NCBI GenBank assembly: GCA_963771465.1
Contig: CAVYTU010000001.1
Coordinates: 32,001 to 96,000 of the forward strand
Source of the DNA: an uncultured delta proteobacterium
GTDB taxonomy: Bacteria; Desulfobacterota; Binatia; UBA9968
Length of the DNA stretch: 64,000 nt
Reading direction: 5' to 3'
Part shown: positions 28,239 through 39,018 of the stretch, in pieces
Layout of the letters: every line of letters starts with the position of its first letter
How positions within the stretch are numbered: position 1 is the stretch's first letter
The notes under the pieces: model-generated
What the model was told of the DNA's origin: nothing
The model's input: only the letters and a program-made list of their open reading frames with translations
Databases searched by the model: none
Made by a program: the position numbers and the translations under genes

Positions 28239-29765
28239 TTATTCCTTGAACACCTTCTTGTCCAAACCATATAATCGCATCTTACGGGAAAGCGTACGCA
28301 CGCCAATGCGGCAGATTTTTGCGGTCAGACCGACGTTACCGTCGAAAACTTTCAGTTTCTGGGAAATGTAGAACTTCTCCCTTTCCCGCAGCCAGTGACG
28401 CAGCGAACCCGAAGTGGCAATTTCGCTCCTATCTTGGCCTGAATCGAGAGTCCCGGCGGGCAGTATGACATTTTCGATGATCCTACCGGGTGCCAACATG
28501 ATCGCGTGATCGAGCACATTCTGCAGCTCGCGAATGTTGCCTGGCCACGAATAGTCCATCAATTGGCTCAGCACTTTAGTCGACACATTGACGATCCGCT
28601 TACTCTTCGCCATCGGATGATCCTGCAAATAGTTCTGAATCAGCAATGGAAGATCGATTTGACATTCGCGCAACGGGATGAGGTGGATCGGCAGCGCATT
28701 AATCTTCTCATAAAAATCCGCTCTCATAGTCCCTTTGGCAACATTGGCTTTAAGCGATGCGCTGCTGCCAGCGACCAGGCGGATATCGACGTGGACACTA
28801 TCAGCGGCGCCGCCGCACCGAAGCCTTCGCGCTTCGATCAGTCGCAACATCGTTTCTTGCACCGCCAGCGGCATTCTGTCGATCTCGTCGACGAACAGCG
28901 TGCCGCGGTGCGCTGCTGCAATCTTTCCGGGTATAGCTATTCGGTATCCGTTTAGCGCACCCGATTCAGATCCGAATAGCTCACGCTCCAGCATCTCTTC
29001 TGAGAAATCCGCGCAACTAATGGCCACGAACGGGCCGTTGCGGCGCGCGCTACGATGATGAATCGCATGGGCGACCAATTCCTTGCCGGTGCCGGGTTCC
29101 CCGTGCACCAGGACGGTGGCGTCATTGGGCGACGCCAAGCGGATGATTTCGAAGACACGCTGCATCTGCGGCGTCTGACTCAACATTTCGCTGAACTGAT
29201 AGCGCTCCTTTAGCCAGCGCCGCAGCTGACGAATCTCCATGGCCGCTCGAGTACCTTCCAGCGCAGCGCGGGTTGATTCCAACACCGCTTCCGGATCGAA
29301 AGGCTTGGAGACGAAATCTCGGGCGCCGAGTTTTAACACATCCACGGCGGTCTGAATTTCGGCATCGCCGGTAATTGCGATAACCGGGAGCTCGGGATAT
29401 TTTTGACATGTTCGCGAGATAAACTGCACACCCTCCATGCCCGGCAGCTTGAGATCGGTGATGACAAAATCAATATCGTCCTCTTCGAGCCGGTGCAGCG
29501 CCTCTTCCGCGGAGGATAGCGTGACCACCGAATAGCCGCTTTCCGCGTACGCGCGTTGCAACTGTTGGCGCGTCGCTGGGTCGTCGTCAACGACCATCAC
29601 GTTAGGGCGCGGTCCGTCATCGGCACGAGGCGCGCTGCAAATTTGACTTTCGTTTGTGTGCGGCTCCGGCGAAACAAGAGCCACGCCGTCCATCCAGGCT
29701 CGCGCTGCTTCAGACGGCGCGGCATACTGCCACTTTGGCAACATCAAATAGCCACCTTCCGACAC
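28239..29765 (-). CDS. NtrC-like response regulator (REC-AAA-HTH) with a degenerate sigma54-contact loop
   Basis: VVDDD, ITDLKLPG, GEPGTGKE, FVDEID, WPGNIRELQN and a Fis-type HTH. GAFTGA is replaced by GALNGY. Start codon uncertain. Confidence 0.88.
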   Translation of the reverse strand: MSEGGYLMLPKWQYAAPSEAARAWMDGVALVSPEPHTNESQICSAPRADDGPRPNVMVVDDDPATRQQLQRAYAESGYSVVTLSSAEEALHRLEEDDIDFVITDLKLPGMEGVQFISRTCQKYPELPVIAITGDAEIQTAVDVLKLGARDFVSKPFDPEAVLESTRAALEGTRAAMEIRQLRRWLKERYQFSEMLSQTPQMQRVFEIIRLASPNDATVLVHGEPGTGKELVAHAIHHRSARRNGPFVAISCADFSEEMLERELFGSESGALNGYRIAIPGKIAAAHRGTLFVDEIDRMPLAVQETMLRLIEARRLRCGGAADSVHVDIRLVAGSSASLKANVAKGTMRADFYEKINALPIHLIPLRECQIDLPLLIQNYLQDHPMAKSKRIVNVSTKVLSQLMDYSWPGNIRELQNVLDHAIMLAPGRIIENVILPAGTLDSGQDRSEIATSGSLRHWLREREKFYISQKLKVFDGNVGLTAKICRIGVRTLSRKMRLYGLDKKVFKE

Positions 29766-30140
29766 CCGGACACTGTGCCAGGGGTCTGATCAGATTAAAA
29801 AAGTCCCCAATTGTCGTGCTAGTTTTTAGACAGAATAGCGCTTTGGGCGGCGCACCATTTGCAACTCAACCCCTTGGCTCAGTCAGTCCGCTAAGATGAA
29901 CTTACCATTATGTATGTGGAATCCTGATAGATTTACCGCAGACGACAAAGCTGGGATTTACGCACCGAGAAACCGGCAGGTTCAGGCGGCGAACACAGCC
30001 CCCGGGTGTGTTATCAGCTATCGTTGATTGCACTTAACAAAGCTACGGTGCGATCTATGCGAGCTAACAAGTCAAAAAATCGGCCACCGTCGCGCCAACC
30101 AACTCGGCGCTCACGGGTGCAGCGATCTTAACCGCTTGAG

Positions 30141-30335
30141 CTATGCATGCACGCGATGGTCGTCGTGATAAGAATCGCCCGGCACATTTTTGGCCGTAAG
30201 CCCGAGCCGCCGCGCCTCAAGGAAGCAGTAATAGCAGACCGTCAGATCGAGAAGGAGTAGTCCGCCATCTTGGCTCATCACGCGGTACGTCTTGCCGTTA
30301 GTCAATCCGCCGCAACGCTGACATTCACAATTCAT
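30141..30335 (-). CDS. Small CxxC...CxxC protein
   Basis: 64 aa, MNCECQRCGG...TVCYYCFLEARRLG. Lies directly behind a sigma54 motif. Confidence 0.55.
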   Translation of the reverse strand: MNCECQRCGGLTNGKTYRVMSQDGGLLLLDLTVCYYCFLEARRLGLTAKNVPGDSYHDDHRVHA

Positions 30336-30349
30336 GATGGAACAAGACC

Positions 30350-30364
30350 GCAAAGAATGTGCCA
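30350..30364 (-). promoter_or_regulatory. sigma54 promoter
   Basis: TGGCAC-ATTCT-TTGC, an exact match to the -24/-12 consensus. Confidence 0.65.
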
Positions 30365-30569
30365 CCAGCTTGCGACTAATATCGCTTTTAAAAACCGTCG
30401 GCAACAAAAGCACTTACGGTCAGAGTGCCATCCTACGTCTGATAATCCCATCAATTCTGACCGGTTTTACCGACAGATTGGTTTGGCATACAGAGGAAAA
30501 TTACTATCGAGCTGACCCAACGAATAATTCTCCCCGTTCTGCGGCGTCATCCATACTTTGTTCGTTCTA

Positions 30570-31934
30570 TTAGAGCAACGCAACGTTGGTTTGGCCAAGG
30601 TCCTTCACTGCGTTACGTGTGTCGAAGATCAACGGGCTAAATTTTGCGATCATCGCATAGTCAAAAATGGAGTGATCAGTCAGAATGGCGATCAGATCCA
30701 TCGACTGCATAAGCTGGGGAGTCAGCTCTTGTGAGTCGATCAATTTTTCATTGACGGAAATTGTCGGAACGTAGGGATCACAAAAGTGAATCTCGGCACC
30801 TTTCTCGTCCAAACCGGCGAGAATCTGCAGCGCCGGCGACTCGCGTACGTCGTTGGTGTTGCGTTTATAGGCGACCCCCAAAGCCAATATCTTCGCGCCG
30901 TTCAAACATTTGTGCTTCTCGTTGAGCGCGTCGCTGATGCAGCGGATGACAAACGCCGGCATTTGACTGTTAATTTGGCGGGCGAGTTCGATCAGCCGCG
31001 GCTCGCAGCCTTTCATGCGCGCTTTCCAAGTCAGGTAATAGGAACCGACCGGAATGTGGTGGCCGCCGAGTCCGGGACCTGGATAAAACGGCATAAACCC
31101 AAACGGTTTTGATTTTGCTGCTTCGATCACTTCCCAAACGTTGATGCCGAAGCTGTGACAGGTCAACGCCATTTCATTAGCCAGCGCGATATTCACGCTG
31201 CGAAAAGTATTTTCCAGCAGCTTCACCATTTCGGCGCAGTCGGTGGACGACACCTTGAGCACCTGGTCGATGAACTGCCGGTAGAACGCCTGCGCCACAT
31301 CGGCGCACCGCGGTGTAATTCCACCGACGACTTTGGGAATACTCCTAGTTCTATAGATCTGATTACCGGGATCGATGCGCTCCGGCGAATAAGCCAAGAA
31401 GAAATCGCTTCCCACTTTGAGACCCGATTCGTTCAGAATCGGTAAAACCACTTCGCGAGTCGTGCCCGGATAAGTCGTGCTCTCGAGAATGATCAACTGG
31501 CCAGGGCGAATGTGATTGCGGATCACCTCAACGCCAGCGATCACGTAAGACAGTTCGGGATCTTTGTTTTTTCCGAGCGGCGTCGGTACGCAGATATTGA
31601 TCGTGTCGAGATCACCCACCGCCGCCAACGACTGGGTCGCCCGAAGTTTTTTCTCTGCGACGAAAGACGCGATCATTTCGCTGGGCACGTCTGGGATATC
31701 GGAAATCCCGGCATTGATCGAGTTGACTTTTTCTTTGTTGAAGTCGATGCCGGTGACCTGGAATCCCGCGTTGGCCATCTCGACGGCCAAAGACAACCCA
31801 ACGTAGCCCAAGCCAATGACGCCTACCTTGGCCGTGTGACCGCGGATCCGGCGCTTGAGCTCCCGCATCAGACGGGGCGCTTGCACCTCAACGGATTCGG
31901 CATGAATCAAAGTTGTCTCACGCTTAGCCGCCAT
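30570..31934 (-). CDS. UDP-GlcNAc/GDP-mannose 6-dehydrogenase family protein (WbpA/WecC-like), catalytic Cys replaced by His
   Basis: GLGYVG, CVPTP, ESTTYPG, SPERIDPG, KLLENTFR and AYKxxTNDVRESP are present. It reads GGHHIP where the family has GGHCIP. Confidence 0.88.
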   Translation of the reverse strand: MAAKRETTLIHAESVEVQAPRLMRELKRRIRGHTAKVGVIGLGYVGLSLAVEMANAGFQVTGIDFNKEKVNSINAGISDIPDVPSEMIASFVAEKKLRATQSLAAVGDLDTINICVPTPLGKNKDPELSYVIAGVEVIRNHIRPGQLIILESTTYPGTTREVVLPILNESGLKVGSDFFLAYSPERIDPGNQIYRTRSIPKVVGGITPRCADVAQAFYRQFIDQVLKVSSTDCAEMVKLLENTFRSVNIALANEMALTCHSFGINVWEVIEAAKSKPFGFMPFYPGPGLGGHHIPVGSYYLTWKARMKGCEPRLIELARQINSQMPAFVIRCISDALNEKHKCLNGAKILALGVAYKRNTNDVRESPALQILAGLDEKGAEIHFCDPYVPTISVNEKLIDSQELTPQLMQSMDLIAILTDHSIFDYAMIAKFSPLIFDTRNAVKDLGQTNVALL

Positions 31935-32109
31935 GAAATATCCTTCTAAAAACGGGTTGCATCGGAATTTTCAGCCAATTTTGCAATATCGCTAAAAGCA
32001 CTCCTGGGTTTTGGCTAGCTGGACACTAGGGTAATCTCGGATCATGTTGTCGAATGCGCCACCGGGCAACACCGCTTCGGCCATCTTCCTTCGTCGATAC
32101 AACGATCCA

Positions 32110-34032
32110 TTAAATCGACTGACTGGCGACGCGCCACTTTCGCACGGCGGCTTTCTGAGCCTGTTGGCGTCGGATGAAATCCGAGGAGTCGGCATCGAGC
32201 GGCCGATAAGTCGGCACCATTTCATACAACATATCGAGCGCCAGGGGGGTTTTACCGTTGAGCGCCAGCTGTTCCATCTCCTCAACTTTGCGCACGACAT
32301 CGTCGAAATCAGGAATCCAGCCCGACTGCACGCGCGTGATCTTTTCCGCTTCGGCGAGCACGATCTTTTCATCCATTGCGACCAGTTCTTCGCGCAGCTT
32401 CTCGCCCGGTCGCAGTCCAACGATCTGAATGGCGATATCGTCCTCGGGAATGAATCCGGCCAGTTGAATTAAGTGGCGTGCCATCTCCATCAAGCTGAGC
32501 TGCTCGCCCATGTCGAGCACGAAAATCTCGCCGCCGCGCGCCAAGGAGCCCGCTTGTAAAACCAACTGCACCGCTTCCGCGATCGTCATGAAGTAACGGC
32601 AAACCTCAGGGTGAGTGACGGTTACCGGCCCGCCCCGCTCGATTTGCTTGAGAAATAGCGGCACGACGCTGCCATTACTGCCGAGCACATTACCGAAGCG
32701 TACGGCCGCAAAAATCGTTTCGCTAGTTTGCCTGGCCAGCGCTTGAACATACATTTCGCAGAGGCGCTTGGTTGCGCCCATGACGTTGGTCGGATTGACG
32801 GCTTTGTCGGTTGAGATCAATATGAAACGCTCCATTTTTTTGCGCAGCGCGAGTTGGATCAGACGATGCGTACCGACCACATTATTGAGCATCGCTTCGC
32901 CGGGGTAGTCTTCCATCATCGGCACGTGCTTGTAGGCGGCGGCATGGAAAATAATTTGGGGCGTGTACTCCGCATACATTTTTTCCAATGAACGGACGTT
33001 TTTGATATCGGCGAGAACCGCCACTTGGCGCACCTCCGGACGGGCGCGGCGCAATTCCATGTTGATGTCGTAGAGCGCGCTCTCGGCATTATCCAGGAGG
33101 ATCACGCACGCCGGCTCATATTGGGCGATCTGCCGGCTCAACTCCGAACCGATGGAACCGCCGGCACCGGTGATCAACACCCGTTTGCCGCGCACCAGTT
33201 CGCGCACGGGTTCGAGGCTCAAGTCGATCGGCGGGCGGTCGAGCAAATCCTCAATCGAGAGCTTCTGAATCTGACTAACCACGACGCGGCTGTCGTCAAG
33301 TTTCGCCAACGGCGGTAGAGTTTTGATGGGAATTTTATAGGCCGTGAGATCGTTTAAAATCTTGCGTACTTGAGCGCCCGTCGCGCTGGGAATCGCCAGC
33401 AGGATTTCATCGGGATGAGTTGCCCCGACGATTCTTTGAATGTCGACGCGCGACCCGAGCACCGGAACGCCATGGATATGCTGACCGATCTTGGCCTGAT
33501 TGTCATCGATAAAACCGATGGGTTCATAGCGATAGAGCGCGCCGTTGTTGCGCATATCGCGCACGATCATTTCGGCCGCGTCACCCGCGCCATAAATTAA
33601 AACACGGCGCCCGTCTTTTAAGTGAAATGCCATCGATGGGAGCCGGCGGCTAAGTCTGACCCCACCCATAAAAAAGATCAGCACCAGCGAGTCGATGATG
33701 AAGATCGACCGGGGATAATCGATTTGACCCAAGTAAAAGTGGACAACACCGTAGAAGATCGCACTGCTGAGGGTTACGCCGGCGATAATGTTGCGCAACT
33801 CGAGGATGCTGGTATAGCGCCACAAGCCTTCGAACAGCCGAAACGGTATGAACGTAGCGGCGCGGATTATAATCAGCCCGAGAAGCATGTCGAGGAAAAG
33901 TGCGATTTCCTTTGCCGGAATGTTGCCGTCAAACTTGAGCCAAAAGGCCAAATAGTTCGATACCACGATTAACCCAAGGTGAAGCGCAACGATGGGCAAC
34001 CGCCGGTACTTGATGAGTGTAGCTTTTAACAT
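32110..34032 (-). CDS. Membrane-bound nucleotide-sugar 4,6-dehydratase (CapD/WbpM/PglF family)
   Basis: Four N-terminal TM segments, IYGAGDA, TGAGGSIGSE, HAAAYKHVP, STDKAVNPTNVMGATK and GLRPGEKL. Confidence 0.92.
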   Translation of the reverse strand: MLKATLIKYRRLPIVALHLGLIVVSNYLAFWLKFDGNIPAKEIALFLDMLLGLIIIRAATFIPFRLFEGLWRYTSILELRNIIAGVTLSSAIFYGVVHFYLGQIDYPRSIFIIDSLVLIFFMGGVRLSRRLPSMAFHLKDGRRVLIYGAGDAAEMIVRDMRNNGALYRYEPIGFIDDNQAKIGQHIHGVPVLGSRVDIQRIVGATHPDEILLAIPSATGAQVRKILNDLTAYKIPIKTLPPLAKLDDSRVVVSQIQKLSIEDLLDRPPIDLSLEPVRELVRGKRVLITGAGGSIGSELSRQIAQYEPACVILLDNAESALYDINMELRRARPEVRQVAVLADIKNVRSLEKMYAEYTPQIIFHAAAYKHVPMMEDYPGEAMLNNVVGTHRLIQLALRKKMERFILISTDKAVNPTNVMGATKRLCEMYVQALARQTSETIFAAVRFGNVLGSNGSVVPLFLKQIERGGPVTVTHPEVCRYFMTIAEAVQLVLQAGSLARGGEIFVLDMGEQLSLMEMARHLIQLAGFIPEDDIAIQIVGLRPGEKLREELVAMDEKIVLAEAEKITRVQSGWIPDFDDVVRKVEEMEQLALNGKTPLALDMLYEMVPTYRPLDADSSDFIRRQQAQKAAVRKWRVASQSI

Positions 34033-34163
34033 CAGAAGATCTCCCATATCGCTAGGAAGTCGCGGCAATGACCGCCCGCGCTGCTAGTGGTGGCCCGCAT
34101 GGAATAAAAGAGCCGTTAAAACAGCCGACAGGTAATTAGAAAACTCAGAACGTTCGCTGGCGC

Positions 34164-35150
<987 letters not shown>

Positions 35151-35187
35151 TTATCCTCCTATTCTGAGTGCGCCTTGGGCGCGAGCT

Positions 35188-35325
35188 ATTCTCGATACCT
35201 CGATGCGTTAGCGCCCAAGTTTGAAAAACCGCAAACGCTAGCGGAAGTCCTTCGTTGGTTTCGGCAAGCTGACCTAGCCAATGTCCGGGTCAAGTATGGC
35301 TCGAATGGTATTGTCGGAAATGCCC
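35188..35325 (+). pseudogene. Inverted C-terminal remnant of a SAM-dependent methyltransferase
   Basis: ILDT[frameshift]DALAPKFEKPQTLAEVLRWFRQADLANVRVKYGSNGIVG resembles, from recall, the C-terminus of polysaccharide-locus methyltransferases. Confidence 0.5.
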
Positions 35326-35408
35326 ACCCAAATTGGCGCGGTGTATCCTTCATTCTGACAGTTCCGTTCAACCGGGGACGCTGGAGGTGGATCGACAAAG
35401 CGCATTCG

Positions 35409-36450
35409 TTATTTGGCAGCCAGACGAACCAATCTTAAATTTGTGTCGTCGTACTTGTTCGTGTGCGCCTCCCTGCGGGCTATCTTCCAAGTCCGCATCC
35501 ACCAGCAGTCGAACCAGATCTTTGAATTGGGTCTCGGCTTCCCAACCCAAATTGTTTTTTGCTTTGGTCGGATCGCCGATCAAACAATCCACTTCGGCCG
35601 GGCGATAATACTTCGGATCGATCTCGATGAATTCGCGCCAATCCAAGCCGACGCAGGAAAACGCTTCTGACACAAATTTCTGAACTGAGTGAGTTTTGCC
35701 GGTTGCGATCACATAGTCATCGGGCTCGTCTTGTTGCAGCATTAACCACATCGCTTCGACATATTCTTTGGCGTAGCCCCAATCGCGCTGAGCATCGAGG
35801 TTGCCGAGGTAAAGCTTGTCTTGTACACCCACCTTGATACGGGCCGCGGCGCGAGTGATCTTGCGGGTCACGAAAGTCTCTCCACGTCGGGGTGATTCAT
35901 GGTTAAACAGGATGCCATTGCAGGCAAACATTCCGTAACTCTCACGGTAATTGACCGTGGCCCAATAGGAGTACAGTTTTGCTACGCCGTAAGGACTGCG
36001 TGGATGAAACGGCGTCGTCTCCCTTTGTGGTGTTTCTCTGACTTTACCGAACAATTCCGAGCTGCTCGCTTGATAGAACTTTGCTCTAAGTCCCGTTTCT
36101 CGAATCGCTTCTAAAATTCGTATCGTCCCAAGTGCCGTGACATCGCCGGTGTATTCTGGAATGTCAAAACTTACGCGCACATGACTTTGTGCCGCCAAAT
36201 GGTAGATCTCATCCGGCTGAATCCGGTAGAGTAACTTAATCAGGTTCGTCGAATCAGCGATATCGCCATAATGTAAAAACAGTCGCACGCCATTGATATG
36301 TGGATCTTCATAAAGATGATTTATCCGTCCCGTATTAAAAGTTGATGCCCGACGAATAATGCCATGCACCTCATAGTCCTTAGCCAAAAGTAACTCCGCC
36401 AAGTACGATCCGTCCTGCCCGGTTATACCGGTGATCAATGCTTTTTTCAC
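35409..36450 (-). CDS. gmd: GDP-mannose 4,6-dehydratase, probable +1 error near 35488
   Basis: [31 protein letters not shown] and [15 protein letters not shown]. Removing one base gives [12 protein letters not shown]...* at 35409. The uncorrected ORF ends at 35368. Confidence 0.95.
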
Positions 36451-36520
36451 CACAGTTCCTCTGCTGTTCTGGAAATAGATTTTGCCACTCTCGTTGGCAA
36501 AGCCACGATCTCAAGGAAAG

Positions 36521-37294
36521 TTAAACGGCCCGTGCCACGGCCAAGGCATTCCACGTTGTCGTATCGGGATCTCGATCAAATTCGGGAAACGCTCCTAGTC
36601 TCACCGGTATGAACCCGGAAGATTCGAGAAAGAGATCGAGCTCGAGGGGAAAAAAATAACGCATACGATGAGTCTCTTCGGTTTGCCCGGCCAGCCGCTC
36701 CCCTTCTATTTTCCACAACCGATAGCTCACTTTGCACAGATGGCGTTGAATATCGAGTTCACCGCTTGCAACGCGCAGAATTTGGCAGCGGTCCGTTGGA
36801 ATCACTTTAACGCGCTCGCTTGGGCCCTGGCAGAGTACCGCCGGACCGTACCAGACATCAAATATGAAAAGCCCCCCGGAGTGGAGGTGCTTTCTGGCCG
36901 TGCGCAGCGCAGCCAGGACGTCCCTATTCTCCAACTGATAACCCAGTACCGCAAACATCATGATGGACGCGTCAAAAGCCCGTTGCAATTGCACACTGCG
37001 GATATCGTCTTGATAGAAATTCGCTTTGCCATTGATTTGCTGGCTGATTGCTTTCTTGCGGGCAGACTCGAGCATTCCTGCGGAACGGTCTACCCCCACG
37101 ATTTCATAGCCTAGCTGAGCAAGCGGCAGAGCATGGTTCCCCGTACCACATCCCAAGTCCAACACCGTGCGAACTGGTCCATTTCCGTAAGCCTGTAGGA
37201 GGCGATCGATTAACTTACATTCCTCGACGTAATCTTTGTCTTGATAAAGCGTGTCGTATGCATCGGCATATTCGGCGCCGAACAGCTCGCTCAT
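36521..37294 (-). CDS. Class I SAM-dependent methyltransferase
   Basis: Motifs YDTLYQDKDY, VLDLGCGTG and FDVWYGPAV. Confidence 0.88.
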   Translation of the reverse strand: MSELFGAEYADAYDTLYQDKDYVEECKLIDRLLQAYGNGPVRTVLDLGCGTGNHALPLAQLGYEIVGVDRSAGMLESARKKAISQQINGKANFYQDDIRSVQLQRAFDASIMMFAVLGYQLENRDVLAALRTARKHLHSGGLFIFDVWYGPAVLCQGPSERVKVIPTDRCQILRVASGELDIQRHLCKVSYRLWKIEGERLAGQTEETHRMRYFFPLELDLFLESSGFIPVRLGAFPEFDRDPDTTTWNALAVARAV

Positions 37295-38424
37295 GAAAGC
37301 ACCTCGTGAACGGCGTCACAGACTTGGGCAATTTGTTCCGCTGTTAGCGCCAGTCCAGAAGGAAGATACAAGCCCTGACGCGCAATCCGCTCGGCTACCG
37401 GATGTCGGTCGACCAAAAACAAACCCCTTTGATGAAACGCCGGCTGTTCATGTAATCCCAGAAAAAACGGCCTGGTCTCGATGCCCCGTTGCTTTAACCT
37501 CTCAGCAAGCACGGTTGCGTCCATGCCGGCTTCTTCAGTGAGGACAACACCGTACATCCAATACACGTTGCGAGCCCAGGGCTCTTCCACCGGCAACTGC
37601 AGATTTTTTGTGCCGGCGAGGCGACGGCTGTATTCATGGCCCATCCAGCGCTTGCGCGCGATAATTTCCTCAATGCGTTCCACCTGGGCAACTCCAAGCG
37701 CTGCCTGGAGGTTTGTCAAACGAAAATTGAATCCGAGTTCGTCGTGATGAAAACGGCGATTTCCCTTAAAACAAAGATTTCGCATAGAGCGGACTTTCTG
37801 AGCGAGTTCCGGATCGTCAGTAAGAACCATGCCGCCCTCACCGGTCGTGATAAGTTTGTTGGCGTAGAAGCTAAAGCAGCTTAGGGTTCCAAAACTGCCA
37901 CAACGCCGCCAGGTAGGATGAGTCGTATGGCGGCCAGCCAGATATTCAGCTCCGTGAACTTCCGCCGCGTCTTCAATAACGGCGAGTCCATGGCTCTCAG
38001 CCAAATCTAAAATCGGATCCATGTCGACCGGATGTCCGTAGATGTGAACCGGCATAATCGCACGAGTTCTATTGGTGATCTTGTCCTTAACCTGGGCCAC
38101 GTCCATACACCATGTGCGCGGATCGCAATCAATCAAAACCGGAACCCCGCCGTTATAAACTACAGCAAGCGCGCAGGAGATAATCGTAAAAGTGGGTAAG
38201 ATGACCTCCTCTCCAGCTTTCAACCCTAGACACGCGACTGCTGCTTGCAAAGCGACCGTGCCATTGCTCACGCCAATGCCATACCGACGTCCACAGTAGC
38301 TGGCCCAGCCATTTTCAAACTGGTCAATGTAACGCCCCGCAGAAGAAATCCAGCCAGTGCGCAGACAGTCCGCGACATATTCTGACTCACGTGGGCCTAA
38401 CAGTGGCTCATTCACCGAAATCAT
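37291..38424 (-). CDS. DegT/DnrJ PLP aminotransferase, GDP-perosamine synthase-like
   Basis: Motifs WISSAG, SNGT, VHIYGHP, EDAAE and SFYANKLITTGEGGM. Near gmd. Confidence 0.9.
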   Translation of the reverse strand: MISVNEPLLGPRESEYVADCLRTGWISSAGRYIDQFENGWASYCGRRYGIGVSNGTVALQAAVACLGLKAGEEVILPTFTIISCALAVVYNGGVPVLIDCDPRTWCMDVAQVKDKITNRTRAIMPVHIYGHPVDMDPILDLAESHGLAVIEDAAEVHGAEYLAGRHTTHPTWRRCGSFGTLSCFSFYANKLITTGEGGMVLTDDPELAQKVRSMRNLCFKGNRRFHHDELGFNFRLTNLQAALGVAQVERIEEIIARKRWMGHEYSRRLAGTKNLQLPVEEPWARNVYWMYGVVLTEEAGMDATVLAERLKQRGIETRPFFLGLHEQPAFHQRGLFLVDRHPVAERIARQGLYLPSGLALTAEQIAQVCDAVHEVLS

Positions 38425-38434
38425 TGCTGTGGTT

Positions 38435-38836
38435 CTAGAACCGCTCTTTTTCGTCTTCGCCGGTGTACGGGCCCTGCTTTATCTCTAGAAATACCGTGTC
38501 CTCGAGCATACGAAAACCGTGTCCTCCAGCGACCATCAGCATGATATCGCCCGAACGAAGCTCGCGAGTAGCAACCAGTTCCCGGCTGTCGTTGTAGATG
38601 TCGATCTCACAATGCCCGCGCTGGACAACCAAAACCTCCGCGGTGCCCACGAGGTGACGTTCAAGAGGCCGGTGATCATGGCGCTGAATTACACCTCCAG
38701 CGGGATAAACGACAAATCCGACCTGCTGCTTAAAGTCAGGCGGAGTGACGAATGTGGTCTCGGCCGGCCTCGCCTCCGCTCGAATAATGTAAGCCAGCGG
38801 TTTTTCGTCACACACGATCTGCTCAAGGTGTTCCAT
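38435..38836 (-). CDS. Cupin-fold protein of sugar loci
   Basis: Cupin motifs HDH...EVL and GGHGF...EIKQGPY. Confidence 0.8.
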   Translation of the reverse strand: MEHLEQIVCDEKPLAYIIRAEARPAETTFVTPPDFKQQVGFVVYPAGGVIQRHDHRPLERHLVGTAEVLVVQRGHCEIDIYNDSRELVATRELRSGDIMLMVAGGHGFRMLEDTVFLEIKQGPYTGEDEKERF

Positions 38837-39018
38837 AAAAATAACGATCTTTTCTGACTCCGAGAAGTCAAGGATTCAATGCGTGTTTTCGGTGATCTGA
38901 ATATCTAGGTGGTGACTCACTTGATTTCCAAGGTACTCGATCAGCTCTCGAATAAAACGAAAGTGTTACCTGCACGCAACCTATACGCGGCCTAATCCGG
39001 GGATATGGGAATCAGCAA

